Assembly (NCBI RefSeq): GCF_004010195.1 | Contig: NC_057750.1 | Location: forward strand, 20,065,159-20,122,037 | Source of the DNA: Chiloscyllium plagiosum | Lineage: Eukaryota | DNA length: 56,879 nucleotides | Direction of reading: 5' to 3' | Part shown: piece after piece, positions 26,495-39,036 of the stretch | How the letters are laid out: each line of letters opens with the position of its first letter | Position numbering within the stretch: the stretch's first letter is position 1 | The notes under the pieces: model-generated | Database searches by the model: none | Told to the model about the DNA's origin: nothing | What the model saw: only the letters and a program-made list of their open reading frames with translations | Made by a program: the position numbers and the translations under genes

Positions 26495-27270
26495 GCAGTT
26501 AAAAGGCATCTGGATGGGTATGTGAATAGGAAGTGTTCAGAAGGATATGAGCCAAGTGCTGGCAAATGGGACTAGATTAATTGAAGATATTGGGTCGGCA
26601 TGGACGAGTTGGGCCGAAGGGCCTGTTTCCTTGCTGTATGTCTCTATGACTACAGGGGACAGGTATAGGTTAGTGAGTGTCTGAAAGAGCCAGCACAGAC
26701 ATAATCCAGAGTCTATAGCATGGGAACAGGCCCATCAGCACAAGCTGTCCATACTGTCCCGTGTTCACAATTAATCTCAACCCCTCTCCCAGCGTTTGGT
26801 CCATATCCCTCCCCCCTGATCCCATCCATGTCCCTGTCTCAATGTTTCTTCAATGATGAAATTGTACTCGCTTCCACGGCAAAGTTCCAGACCCTCACCA
26901 CCCTCTGTGTGAAAACATTGTCCCCTCTGGACCCTTTTATATCTCTCCCCTTAAACTTGTCCCCTCTAGATTAGACACTCTCCTACAATGGGGAAAGCTA
27001 ACTGCCTTATCAATGCCTCTGATGGTTTAATAGACCTCTGTAAGGTCACCCCCTCAGTCTCTGACGCCCCAGGGATAAAAGCCCCAGCGTAAACAGCCTC
27101 TACCTTTAACTTAAATCCTCCAATCCAGGCAGTATCTTAGTAAATTTTTTCTGCATTCTTTCTAGTTTAATAATATCCTTTCTCTAGTCGGGTGACCAGA
27201 ACTGCATGCAGTATTCCAAATGTGGTCTTATGAAGGTCTAGTACAAAGATGAACCAACTCCTGTACTCGA
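26495..27270. mobile_element. CR1 3' fragments (26495-26650 +; ~26710-27270 -)
   Basis: CR1 3' tail, and on the minus strand RPHLEYCMQFWSP and RLRG-like remnants. Confidence 0.65.
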
Positions 27271-27760
27271 TGATGAAATGCTGGAACAGTCCCATGTTGG
27301 AGTCCAAAGGCTGAATCAGGTGACAATTCCTCACTGGAACCTTATGTGATATTAAGAAAGAGAGAAATTGTCTCGGGGAGACATGAAATTAGGAAACAGA
27401 ATGACTTTCAGGAGTGAAATTCAGAAAGGTGTCGTCTAGTGAGGAACAATGCAGAAACTTCTATTGGCTGCATTACAGGGCTTGCAGATCAGCAGCCAAT
27501 TAAAGTGGCCCGTTGAGTTGACCAATCCCCTCAGACTGTCCGCCATGGCTGAGACAGTCTTGGCACGTCACCCACTCTCCCCTTCACCATGTGGCTCAGC
27601 CATTTCAACAATGAGCAAACGCCAACTCATGGGCTATACTGTTGGTCAATGGTGGAAGGACATAGGGGTGGTGGGAAGGAGGGCCCAGGTGAACAGGAAG
27701 GCCAATGAGAAGAGGGCAGGATTTGGGGCTGGTGCAGCTAATGGCAGGAGGGTTACCTGG

Positions 27761-27866
27761 ATGGAGGTGAGGTGGCTCAGTGCAGGGAGAGGCAAGGCTG
27801 TGGTCAGACCCTGTCAGAATCACAGTGTCCTTCAGCTTCTGGTGCTGTTGTTACTGTTGCAGCAAG
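27761..27866 (+). pseudogene. Copy A exon 1, signal peptide
   Basis: MEVRWLSAGRGKAVVRPCQNHSVLQLLVLLLLLQQ(G)|gtgagt: hydrophobic core and strong phase-1 donor; start codon uncertain. Confidence 0.6.
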
Positions 27867-28121
27867 GTGAGTACCGGTCAGACTGGAGTCAAACTGCTGG
27901 AGGGAGCCCAACGCTGAAGGGATGGAGATGGAGGGAGGGCAGAGAGACAGGGGGAGGGGGCAGGGAGACAGAGAGATGGGGATGGAGAAAGTAAGGGTAC
28001 AGGACATGATGGAAAAGGCAGAAAGAGCAGATGGAGGTGAAAAGTGAGATTGATGGGGAGAGGTTTGAGAGGGAAATTGAGATGGGAGGAAGGATTGAAA
28101 GGGAAAGAGCTAATTCCTGAT

Positions 28122-28468
28122 GTACTGATCCTGCGACAATGCAGCACTCCCTCAGTACTGACCCTCCGACAGTGCGGCACTCCCTCAGTACTGACCCTCC
28201 GACAGTGCGGCACTCCCTCAGTATTCACCCTCCCACAGTGCGGCACTCCCTCAGTACTGACCGTCCGACAGTGCGGCGCTCCCTCAGTCCTGACCTTCCG
28301 AAAGTGCGGCACTCCCTCAGCACTGACCGTCCGAAAGTGCGGCACTCCCTCAGTACTGACCCTCCGACAGTGCGGCGCTCCCTCAGTCCTGACCCTCCCA
28401 CAGTGCGGCGTTCCCTCAGTACTGACCCTCCGACAGTGCGGCGCTCCCTCAGTACTGACCCTCGGACA
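28122..28468. repeat. 33-bp minisatellite (~10 units)
   Basis: Unit ctgaccctccgacagtgcggcactccctcagta; explains the repetitive ORFs 27878, 28044 and 28139. Confidence 0.95.
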
Positions 28469-29164
28469 GGTTGAGAGTGAATTGAACCCGTGACCTTGAC
28501 GTTTTGGATGTTTGAAAGATTGCTTCCAATCGGGGCAACTTACACTGCTCTGCCTCTCTCCCCCTCCCTTTCTCACACTCTCTTTACCTCTCTCCCTTAT
28601 ACAGCTGTTTCTGTGTGTAACTGTGTTGCTGTGTTGACTCACTCCCCTACCTCTTTCTCATCCTCTCTCTCCCTCTCTCTCTCACATCGCTGTTTCTGTG
28701 TGTAACTGTGTTGCTGTGTTGACTCACTCCCCTACCTCTTTCTCATCCTCTCTCTCCCTCTCTCTCTCTCACATCGCTCTCCCTCTCTCTCTCACATCGC
28801 TGGTTCTGTATGTGACTGTTGCTGTGTTCATTTTCTCCCTCTGCCTCTTTCTCTCTCTCTCTCTTTACCTCTCTCTCTCTCTCTCTGTGTCTCTCTCTCT
28901 CTGTGTCTCTCTCCTGATTTCTCCTCCTATCCCCTTGCTCTCCCACTCTGCCACATTATCTTCCTGTCCTCCCTGTAGTTGATGTTTCACCATGACACTC
29001 TGTTCACCAAGACACTGTTTCCATTATGTTTCATTTCTCAAACTATCAATGATCAACAGGTCATAACTGAAAGCTGCAAGGACTGTAAGCAGTAACAACA
29101 AATTCACTCCCCACAAGATTTCACTGAGCAGGGACACAGTGTCCACCTTATTCACTCGAGCAGT

Positions 29165-29395
29165 GTAGAAGAAGTTCTACTCTGTATGGAACCCTGTACG
29201 GTCCTTGTCCTGGGAGTGTTTGATGGGGGACAGTGTAGTGGGAGCTTTACTCTGTATCTAACCCTGTGCTGTCCCTGTCCTGGGATGTTTGCTGAGGGAC
29301 AGTACAGAGGGAGCTTTACTCTGTATCTAACCCCATGCTAACCCTGCCGTGGGAGTGTTTGATGGGGACAGTGCAGAGGGAGCTTTTCACGATGT
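29165..29395. repeat. ~68-bp tandem repeat array
   Basis: Unit ctgtatctaaccc(c)gtgctgtccctgtcctgggagtgtttgatggggacagtgtagagggagctttact. Confidence 0.85.
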
Positions 29396-29502
29396 ATTTG
29401 TGTGAACGGGATGGTCTATTTCTCTCTCGCTGGTTTATTTTCAGATCTGAAATGCAGAAAGCAGTGCGGACAAGCCAGGATTGTCACCACGTTTGTATCT
29501 GT

Positions 29503-29996
29503 GAAGATTTGTAGCTCGGGTGCTCGTTGTTGTGGTTCTGTTCGCCGAGCTGGAAGTTTTTGTTGCAAACGTTTCATCCCCTGGCTAGGTGACATCATCA
29601 GTGCTTGGGAGCCTCCTGCGAAGCGCTTCTTTGATGTTTCCTCCGGTGTTTATAGTGGTCTGTCCCTGCCGCTTCGGGTTGTCAGTTTCAGCTGTCCGCT
29701 GTAATGGTTGGTATATTGGGTCCAGGTCGATGTCCAGACAGAGAACAGCCAGGGAATTCCTAGAGGCATGGCATTCATCCACAAACTCCATCAACAAACA
29801 CATCGACCTGGACCCAATATACCAACCACTACAGCGGACAGCTGAAACTGACAACCGGAAGCGGCAGGGACAGACCACTATAAACACCGGAGGAAACATC
29901 AAAGAAGCACTTCGCAGGAGGCTCCCAAGCACTGATGATGTCACCTAAACGTTTGCAACAAAAACTTCCCAGCTCGGCGAACGGAACCACAACAAC
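29503..29996. mobile_element. Penelope-like element 3' end with inverted pseudo-LTR and target-site duplication
   Basis: ~200-bp inverted arms (~29525-29733 and 29800-29997); RQRTAREFLEAWHSSTNSINKHIDLDPIYQPL is the C-terminus of a GIY-YIG endonuclease; acgtttgtatctgt is duplicated at 29489 and 29995. Confidence 0.85.
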
Positions 29997-30404
29997 GTTT
30001 GTATCTGTTTGTCTGTAACAGTCTCTCTATCTGAGTCTTTCCTTTTCTCTCTCTTTCGGTCCCTGTCTCTCTGTCTCTCTCATTGGTTGGAAATGTAATC
30101 TGGTCCTCATGTTCTGCGTGACCTGTGACCTCAGGCAGTCTGTCTCACAGCCATCCTACACCCAGTTCCCTTTGATATCTCCTTTCCCTTCCACTGGAGT
30201 TGGGCGAGGATCGGTTATGTCTGGGTCACTCAGTGATCTAACTGCAGCCCGCTGCCCTGTTCCCTGCTCTGGCCCTGGTGCAGCATTCCAACATCACCCC
30301 GTGTTAGGGTGGGATGGAGACACATGTCGCCAGAACATTAGCTTCAGGCTCTGGATTACCAGCCTGTCCCATTCCCACTGCTCCTCTGTGTCTCTTCCTC
30401 TCTG

Positions 30405-30680
30405 AGTGAAACTGCCTTCAGCGTGGTCTAAAAACTAATATGCACATGGGTGGAGCTGGAGTGCCAGCTCACAGATTAACTCTTCCCTCGCTGTAGCCTT
30501 TTGCATCGATATGACCAAGAATCCGGTTGTGTCCAGTCCATCAGTGAAACTGCCTTCAGCGTGGTCTAAAAGCTAATATGCATGTGGGTGGAGCTGGAGT
30601 GCCAGCCCACAGATTAACTCTTCCCTCGCTGTAGCCTTTTGCATTGATATGACCAAGAATCCGGTTGTGTCCAGTCCATC
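30405..30680. repeat. 138-bp tandem duplication (2 copies)
   Basis: agtgaaactgccttcagcgtggtctaaa...ccggttgtgtccagtccatc at 30405 and 30543. Confidence 0.9.
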
Positions 30681-30706
30681 TAACAGTGTCCTGTCTCTGT
30701 TCACAG

Positions 30707-30772
30707 TACCTCAGCGTACACGCGCCCATGTGACCACCAACACTCAGAGGGTGGAAGTTCATAGTGAGGGGT
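30707..30772 (+). pseudogene. Copy A domain-1 exon a (A strand)
   Basis: tcacag|...|gtaagt, 66 nt, phase 1-1: VPQRTRAHVTTNTQRVEVHSEG, similar to the JAM-A N-terminal strand. Confidence 0.75.
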
Positions 30773-31004
30773 GTAAGTATCACATCATTGTGTTGGCTAT
30801 TGTGGGATCGGGAGGTGGGGAGGAGAACAGCCTGCTTTGGGGATTGAGAGCAGCAATTGCTGCAAAAACTTTGGGAGGGTGGGAGTGATTAGTGAAAGGG
30901 AACCGGAATACTACAGGTTCACACCCCATCACGGTCTCAGTTATCCGTTCCGGCATTTATACCCCTCCGTATCCCTGAATCCCCCTCTGTCTCTTCAACA
31001 CTCG

Positions 31005-31500
31005 CTATCTCTGTAACCACCTCCAGCCCCTAAATTCCTCCCATCTCCGTAACTCCCTCCAGCCCCAAAACACTCCCTATCTCTGTAAACTCCTCCAGCC
31101 TCTTCACCCCTCCCTATCTCTGCAACCTATTCCAGCCCCGACACCCCTCATTATCTCTGTAACCTCCTCCAGCCTCTACATCCCTCCCTATCTCTGTAAC
31201 CCCACCAGGCCTGACACCCCCCCCCCCCCCCTTACCCCCCCCCCCGACATGGGCCAGGAGCAGGCAGGCTGAAGGGTCTGTTCCCTCCCTATCTCTGTAA
31301 CCTCCTCCAGCCCTGACACCCCCTCCCTATCTCTGTAACCTCCTCCAGCCCCTATAGCCCTTACCTATCTCTGTTCCCCCCTCCAGCCCCTACACCCCCT
31401 CCCTATCTCTGTAACTACCTCCAGCCCCTATAGCCCCTACCTATCTCTGTAACCTCCTCCAGCCCCTACGCCACTCCCTGTCTCTGTAACCTCCTCCTGC
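31005..31500. repeat. ~37-bp minisatellite
   Basis: Unit ctatctctgtaacctcctccagcccctacacccctcc; also at 34985-35250 and inverted at 47210-47450. Confidence 0.85.
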
Positions 31501-31544
31501 GAAAGCCTACTGAGTCCGAACTATTGGAGGATTGAAGTTCTGAA

Positions 31545-32245
31545 TCATTGAATCCCTGCAGTGTGGAAACAGGCCCTTCAACCGAACAAGTCCACACTGA
31601 CCCTCTGAAGAGTAACTCACCCAGACTCATTCCCCTCCCATATTACTCTACATTTACCCCTGACTGATGCACCTAACCTATACATCTCTGGGCAATATGG
31701 TAATTTAACATGGCCAATCCACCCTAACCTGCACATCCCTGAACACTATGGGATAATTTAGCATGGCCAATCCACCCTAACCTGCACACTCCTGAGCACT
31801 ATGGGGTAATTTAGCATGGACAATCCACCCTAAACTGCACACTCCTGAACACTATGGGGTAATTTAGCATGGCCAATCCACCCTAACCTACACATCCCTG
31901 AACACTATGGCTAATTTAACATGGCCTATCCACCCTAACCTGCACATCCCTGAACACTATGGGGTAATTTAGCATGGCCAAATCACCCTAACCTACACAT
32001 TCCTGGGCACAATGGATAATTTAGTGTGGCCAATCCACCCTAACCTGCACATTCCTGAGCACTATGGGTAATTTATGGGTAATCTTCAGACTGTGGGAGT
32101 AAACTGGAGCACCTGCAGGAAACCCACACAGACACTGGGATAATGTGCAAACTTCACGCAGGCAGTCACCTGGGGATGGGATCAATCCCGGGTCCCTGGT
32201 GCTGAGAGGCAGCAGTGCTTGCCACTGAGTCACTGTGCCACCCTC
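31545..32245 (-). mobile_element. HE1-type SINE with expanded internal ~52-bp repeat
   Basis: About 7 units of caccctaacctgcacatccctgaacactatggggtaatttagcatggccaatc, plus a tRNA-like head. Confidence 0.85.
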
Positions 32246-32324
32246 AATGGGACATCAATGTGAGCTGCATGTCTGCAGATGCGACCTTATCTGTGCTCCC
32301 CCCACTCACTCACTCCCCCTCTAG

Positions 32325-32441
32325 CTGCTGTCCTGACACGCCTGTACTCGCCTGAGTATGGAATGATCCCTCAGATCGATTGGAAGTTGGTCCAAATGTC
32401 TGGTTCCGTGCATGTAATGGCCTTGGACAGCCATCCAACAT
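32325..32441 (+). pseudogene. Copy A domain-1 exon b (B-C-C' strands)
   Basis: ctctag|...|gtgagt, 117 nt: SAVLT(R)LYSPEYGMIPQIDWKLVQMSGSVHVMALDSHPT; the conserved Cys codon is CGC and the C-strand Trp is present. Confidence 0.75.
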
Positions 32442-32698
32442 GTGAGTCTGTCTCTGTCACAATCCTTTCACAATCCGTGGAGCATCTGGTCAGGACAAGC
32501 TGTTATCTCCAGCTCTGTCTGTGGGCAATCGCTGTCCTTCTGTCTGTCACTGCCCCTTGTCACATCTTTCTCTCTCTCTCTCATTCTCTGTCTCACCCTC
32601 TTTGTCTCTCTCTCTCCCTCTCCCTCCCCCATCTCTCCTCCCCCCTCTCTGTCTCTTTCTCTCGGTCCCTCACACCCCTCTCTCTCGTTTTCCCAAAC

Positions 32699-32730
<32 letters not shown>

Positions 32731-32799
32731 CCTCCCTTCGATTTTTTTCCATTTCGGTCTCTTTTCCCTTCCCCACCCCACTTCCCTTTTCTCTCTCTG

Positions 32800-34165
32800 T
32801 CGACCAGTGAGCCTGACATCGGTGGTGGGCAAGTTGTTGGAGGGAATCCTGAGGGACAGGATGTACATGTATTTGGAAAGGCAAGGACCGATCAGGGATA
32901 GTCAACATGACTTTGTGGAAAATCATGTCTCCCAAACTTGATTGAGTTTTTTGAAGAAGTTACAAAGAGGATTGATGAGGGCAGAGTGTTAGTTGTGATC
33001 CATATGGACTTCAGTAAGGCGTTCGACAAGGTTCCCCATGGGAGACTAGTAAGCAAGGTTAGATCTCACGGAATACAGGGGGAACTAACCATTTGGATAC
33101 AGAACTGGCTCAAAGGTAGAAGACAGAGGGTGGCGGTGGAGGGTTGTTTTTCAGACTGGAGGCCTGTGACCAGTGGAGTGCCACAAGGATCGGTGCTGGG
33201 CCCTCCACGTTTTGTCATTTACATAAATTATTTGGATGTGAACATAAGAGGTACAGTTAGCAAGTTTGCAGATGACATCAAAATTGGAGGTGTAGTGGAC
33301 AGCGAAGAGGGTTACCTCAGATTACAACAGGATCTTGACCAGATGCACCAATGGGCTGAGAAGTGGCAGATGGAGTTTAATTCAGATAAATGCGAGGTGC
33401 TGCATTTTGGGAAATCAAATCTTAGCAGGACTTATACACTTAATGGTAAGGTCCCAGGGAGTGTTGCTGAACAAAGAGACCTTGGAGACAGGTTCATAGC
33501 TCCTTGAAAGTGGAGTCACAGGTAGATAGGATAGTGAAGAAGACATTTGGTATACTTCCTTTTATTGGTCAGAGAATTGAATACAGGAGTTGGGAGGTCA
33601 TGTTGTGACATTGGTTAGACCACTGTTGGAATATCGCGTGCAATTCTGGCCTCCTTCCTCTTGGAAAGATGTTATGAAACTTGAAAGGGTTCAGAAAAGA
33701 TTTACAAAGATGTTGCCAGGGTTGGAGGGTTTGAGTTATCGGGAGAGGCTGAACAGGCTGGGGCTGTTTTCCCTGGAGTGTCGGAGGCTGAGGGGTGACC
33801 TTATAGAGGCATCCAAAATCATGAGGGGTATGGATAGGATAAATAGACTTTTCCCTGGGGTCGGTGAGTCCAGAACTAGAGAGGCATAGATTTAGGGTGG
33901 GAGGAGAAAGATATAAAAGAGACCTAAGAGGCATTTGCACACAGAGGGTGGTATGTGTGTGGAATGAGCTGTTAGAGGAAGTGGTGGAGGCTGGTACAAT
34001 TACAGCATTTAAAAGGCATTTGGGTGGGTATATGAATAGGAAGTGTTTGGAGGGATGTGGGTTGGGTACTGGCAGGTGGGACTAGATTGGGTTGGAATAT
34101 CTGGTCGGCATGGACGGATTGGACCAAAGGCTCTGTTTCCATGTTGTACATCTCTATGACTCTAC
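32800..34165 (+). mobile_element. CR1-type LINE ORF2 3' half (intronic)
   Basis: ORF 32938..33507: [26 protein letters not shown]. Confidence 0.9.
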
Positions 34166-34178
34166 GGCTCCTGCCCTG

Positions 34179-34215
<37 letters not shown>

Positions 34216-34248
34216 TTCAGACATGTGATAACTGTTCCTCTCTCACAG

Positions 34249-34395
34249 GGCCTTATAAAGATCAGATTGACGTTGTGATAAATGGTTTCTACATGAGGAA
34301 GTTGTTTCCTTATGACAGTGGGACATAAATGTGTGAGGTTACCTCACATTATAGGAAATGCACTGACCGGGTGGAGATCCAGCTCCATGTGAAGG
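34249..34395 (+). pseudogene. Copy A domain-1 exon c (D-G strands)
   Basis: tcacag|...|gtatgt, 147 nt: PYKDQIDVVINGFYMRKLFPYDSGT*MCEVTSHYRKCTDRVEIQLHVK; DxGxYxC motif with Tyr->TAA at 34326. Confidence 0.8.
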
Positions 34396-34780
34396 GTATG
34401 TGACGGTGGAGAGGGACAGGCTGCTCCAAGGGTGAGGAACTCTCGGCACAGGATAGTTTGGGACACTGTGGAATTGGGGAAGTTTCCAGACCCGTGTCAA
34501 CAATTTCGGAGGTGGAGCTGAATTAAGTTTGCTTTAAGGCACCCTTGGATTAGACAGGGGGTTGTGGGTCAGCAGGTCCCACTGTGGGAACACACCCTGG
34601 TGTCTGACTGACCAAGAGTAATGGGGAGGTCCCTCACAGTCAGGAACTACCACAGAGTCTCACCGGGGCAGGCACTGAGTACAACCAACATCCTCTTTAT
34701 CGTACAGTTCGGACCAAGCACCAGGTCAATCAGAGTTAGTCACTGCAGCCAGGAGGGAGATAGACGGGGACATCTCACCC

Positions 34781-34948
34781 NNNNNNNNNNNNNNNNNNNN
34801 NNNNNNNNNNNNNNNNNNNNNNNNNNNNNNNNNNNNNNNNNNNNNNNNNNNNNNNNNNNNNNNNNNNNNNNNNNNNNNNNNNNNNNNNNNNNNNNNNNNN
34901 NNNNNNNNNNNNNNNNNNNNNNNNNNNNNNNNNNNNNNNNNNNNNNNN
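34781..34948. other. Assembly gap (probably hides copy A domain-2 exon a)
   Basis: Run of N at the position homologous to copy B's 48008-48070 exon. Confidence 0.95.
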
Positions 34949-35470
34949 GGTAGAGAGCCATATTTGTGAGGATCACAGCACACAGCCCCATCTCTGTAAC
35001 CTCCGCCAACCCCTCAACCTCTGCATCCCTCCATATCTCTGTAACCTCCTCCAGCCTCTTATCCATCCCCACCCCTCCCTATCTCTGTAACGCCATCCAG
35101 CCCCATACCCCTCCCTATCCAGTCCCTAAACACCTCACTGTCCCTGTAGCCTCCTCCAGCTCCTACATCCCTCTCTATCTCTGTAACCTCCTCCAGTCCC
35201 TGTAGCCCTCCGTATCTCTGTAACCCCCCTCCAGCCCCATTCCCCTCCCTACCTTTGTCATTTCCTCTTCATCACATCTTGCCACCACCCACTTCAATTG
35301 TTGAGCCCACACTGAGGGATTGTGGGGGGAATGTATTGCCTGAGATGGTTTGTTGATTCCCTGTGACTCACTGGCATCCCACCCCTGCCTACCGTTGTGT
35401 TGGGTGCCAGTGCGGCGTTGTCTCTGGAGAGCCTTTGGGTCATTTTAATTCCTCTCTCTCCTTCCTCCAG

Positions 35471-35587
35471 CCGCTGACCTTCTGTGCCGTCAATCGCCTG
35501 ACTTTGGGCCTAATCCTGACGTGGCGTGGGTATTCAAAAAGCAGGATTGATCCGGAAAACTGCTATCCTTTAAAGGCCAGGTCATTG
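35471..35587 (+). pseudogene. Copy A domain-2 exon b
   Basis: ctccag| 117 nt ADLLCRQSPDFGPNPDVAWVFKKQD*SGKLLSFKGQVI; TGA at 35548; donor reads tttagt where copy B has gtaggt. Confidence 0.85.
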
Positions 35588-35749
35588 TTTAGTCTTTTTC
35601 CTTTGTGACTCCCGTCCACATGCCGCTCCCACAACCCCCTCCGTGTTGGTCTCCCTGAAACCATAGTGAATTGTTTAACAGGAAGAGAGTGAAACATGGT
35701 CTGTACACTCTCCCTCTCTCAAAAAACCCAAAGGCCCTTTCCAACAACA

Positions 35750-36295
35750 TAAAATCCCTACAGTGTGGAAACAGGCCATTCAGCCCAACAACTCCACACC
35801 GAACCTCCAAAAAGCATCCCAACCATCCCCATCCCTGTATTCCCCATGGTCAATCCACCCTAACCTGCACATCGCTGGACGCTATGGGTAATTTAGTATG
35901 GTCAATCCACTCTAACCTGCACATCCCTCAACACGAAGGGTAATGCAGCATGGCTAATTCACCCTAACCTGCACATCCCTGAACACTATGGGTAATTTAG
36001 CATGGCCAATCCAACCTAACCCACACATCTCTGAACACTATGGGGTAATTTAGCATGGCCAATCCACCCTGACCTGCACATCCCTGAGCACTATGGGAAA
36101 ATTTAGCATGGCCAATCCACCCTAAAGTGCACACCTTTGGACTGTGGGAGGAAATTGGAGCACCCTGTGGAAACCCACGCAGACACGGGGAAAATGGGCA
36201 AACTCCACACAGACAGGTGCCAGAGGGTAGAATCAAACCCAGGTCCCTGGTGTCGTGAGGCAGCGGTGCTAACCACTGAGCCACTGTGCCGACCA
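35750..36295 (-). mobile_element. HE1-type SINE (shared with copy B, 46135-46715 +)
   Basis: tRNA-like head and ~52-bp internal repeats at the homologous position of both duplicates. Confidence 0.85.
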
Positions 36296-36741
36296 CATTA
36301 TACTCCAAAATGTGGCACCATTTATATTGTCTCTTGCAACCTTAAAACAAACTGGAGCTGGGTATCGTAGATACAGCTTCACAGCTGCCTGTAACCTCTA
36401 AAACATTACATTGCTCAGGTATATAAGTGTCTAGGGTGACCAGTTTGTTTAAGTAGAGTGCCATGCTTCAGGTGACCTCAGCTGTGATGGAGTACGGAAC
36501 TTTATTCCATCAATGACCATAACCATGAGTGTATCTGTGAGACTAGAGAAAACATCCCCCTTTCTCTCAAAGGCTACAATCCATCCTAACTAATGGCTGT
36601 CCTTCAGCACATCTTGTTCATTCATTCATTGCTCAGCAAGTTTCATTCTTTTACTCACTCGTGGGATGGTACATCGCTGGTGTTTATCACAACCCTCATT
36701 GACCTAGTTACAAGATAATATAGAATTTCAAAGTTCAACAT

Positions 36742-37410
36742 GGCCTCTCCCTGTAGCTCACATCCTCCAACCCTGGCAACATCCTTGTAAACCTTTTCTG
36801 AACCCTTCCAAGTTTCACAACATCCTTCCGATAGGGAGACGACCAGAATTGCATGCAATATTCCAACAGTAGCCTGACCAATGTCCTCTAAGCCGCAACA
36901 TGACCTCCCAACTCCGGTCCTCAATACTCTGACCAATAAAGGAAAGCATACCAAACGCCTTCTTCACTATCCTATCTACCTGTGACTCCACTTTCAAGGA
37001 GCTCTGAACCTGCACTCCAAGGTCTCTTTGTTCAGCAACACACCCAGGACCTTACCATTAAGTGTATAAGTCCTGCTAAGATTTGCTTTTCCAAAATGCA
37101 GCACCTCACATTGATTTAAATTAAACTGCATCTGCCACTTCTGAGCCCATTGGCCCATCTGGTCAAGATCCCGTTGTAATCTGAGGTAACCTTCTTCACT
37201 GTCCAGTACACCTCCAATTTTGGTGTCATCCGCAAACTTACTAACTATACCTCCGATGTTCACATTCAATTCATTTATATAAATGACGCAAAGCACTGGA
37301 CCCAGCACCAATCCTTGTGGCACACCATTGGTCACAGGCCTCTGTTGTCCCCTACCTTGGAGCCAGTTTGTATCCAAATGGCTAGTTGTCCCTGTATGAT
37401 GTGTGATCTA
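36742..37410 (-). mobile_element. CR1 fragment (shared with 44570-45665 +)
   Basis: GVPQGLVLGP, KFADDTK; same junction with unique flank in both duplicates. Confidence 0.85.
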
Positions 37411-37702
37411 CAACAAGGCAGAGACTCTGTATCTGTTACAGACCTTGTTGCTTTCCTGACCCTGGTAGCGATAGTGACAGCACATCATTGTGGCTTCAAC
37501 TGTTACTGTCTCAGTGTTTATGGATAATGGCCTTTCACTTCCCCAGCAACTCTCTGCTGAAGGCTTGAACAGGTTCAGAGGCAAGAATGAATCAATCAGT
37601 CTCTGCAGGAGTGGAACGTAATCTGCTGCTGGACCTGTTTGCGATCTCCTGCCACCGTTAACAGCAGATTCCTCCTTCTTGTTCTCTCTCCACTCTTTTC
37701 AG

Positions 37703-37849
37703 TTAAGTACAGAAAGCGGATCAAAAGATTTCCCTGGGGTCTCCGTATCAACGTGACCAGGGTAAGGGACAGTGGGATTTACAAATGCATGGTGTGGTCC
37801 CAGGACAGGATTCACTTTGGTGAGACTGAAATCACTCTCAATGTGACAC
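37703..37849 (+). pseudogene. Copy A domain-2 exon c
   Basis: ttttcag|...|gtaagt, 147 nt: KYRKRIKRFPWGLRINVTRVRDSGIYKCMVWSQDRIHFGETEITLNVT, similar to JAM-A D1 TREDTGTYTCMV..GEVKVKL. Confidence 0.9.
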
Positions 37850-37964
37850 GTAAGTGATGGAGTTATTGGGGGGGGGGGCGATTGAGGTGGGGAAGGTGCA
37901 GGAAATGGGTAATTGTAGATGCTCCATTTTGTGACATCAATATCAAGAAGTGAGCTCTGGAGCC

Positions 37965-38660
37965 ATAGAGATGTACAGTATGGAAACAGATCCTTCAGTC
38001 TAACTTCAGCCGACCAGATACCCCAAGCTAATCTAGTCCCATTTGCCAGCACTTGGCCCATATCCCTCCAAACCCTTCCTATTCATATACCCCATCCAGG
38101 TGCCTTTTAAATGTTGTAATTGTACCAGCCTCCACCACTTCCTCAGGCAGCTCATTCCGTACACGCACCACCCTCTGCATGAAAAAGCTGTCCCTCAAAT
38201 CCTTTATTTATCTTTCCCTCTTCACCTTTGACCTCCAATTCTGAACTCCCTCACCCCAGGGAAAAGTCCTTGTCTATTTACCCTAGTCATGCTCCTCATC
38301 ATTTTATAAACCTTTATCAGGTCACCCTTCAGCCTCTGACTGTCCAGGGAAAACAGCCTCTCCCTGTAGCTCAAACCCTTCAACCCTGGCAACATCCTAG
38401 TAAATCATTTCTGAACTCTTTCAAGTTTCACAACATCCCTCCAAAGCAGGGAGACCGGAATTGCACGCAGTATTCCAAAAGTGGCCTAACCAATGTCCTG
38501 TACAGGCACAACATGACATCCCAATTCCTCGAGCCAGTGCACTTGACCAATATGGGAAAGTATGTAAAATGCCACCTTCACTATCCGATCTACCTACGAT
38601 TCCAGTTTCAGGGAACAATGGCCCTGCACCCCATGGACTCTTTGTTCAGCAACACTCCCC
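37965..38660 (-). mobile_element. CR1 3' fragment (shared with 43325-44020 +)
   Basis: CR1 tail and RPLLEYCVQF remnant. Confidence 0.85.
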
Positions 38661-38889
38661 TGATTGGAATGAAAATTGTGTTTGATACGTTTTGGTGATG
38701 TTACAGGGTCAGCACATGTTCAGCATCTTCACACACAATTCATTCGATGATGGAACCGCTGGCTGGAGCCCCATTGAATGCGAAACATTTGCAAGCTCCT
38801 TATGGTCAGGGACAGCAATTAGTGGATGCACTTCATTGAAACAACCTGCTTTTTATTATACAGCTTTAGCTCTAACTACATCCCTGTGA

Positions 38890-39036
38890 TGATTCGGAGA
38901 TGCCGGTGTTGGACTGGGGTGTACAAAGTGTACAAAGTTAAAAATCACCTGATGAAGGAGCGTCGCTCCGAAAGCTAGTGTGCTTCCAATTAAACCTGTT
39001 GGACTATAGCCTGGTGTTGTGTGATTTTTAACTTTG
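38890..39036 (+). mobile_element. Short Penelope-type insert with hammerhead core and 13-bp TSD
   Basis: CTGATGA-a-GGAGC-gtc-GCTCC-GAAA at 38949-38973; tacatccctgtga at 38877 and 39037; the paralogous site (~43095-43107) is empty. Confidence 0.8.

Noticed and set aside
28122..28468. CRISPR-like array or repetitive protein ORFs
   Set aside because: Head-to-tail 33-bp minisatellite with no unique spacers in a vertebrate genome; the ORFs are artefacts of the repeat
29585..29948. Two mirror-image 119-aa ORFs
   Set aside because: Produced by the inverted arms of a Penelope insert
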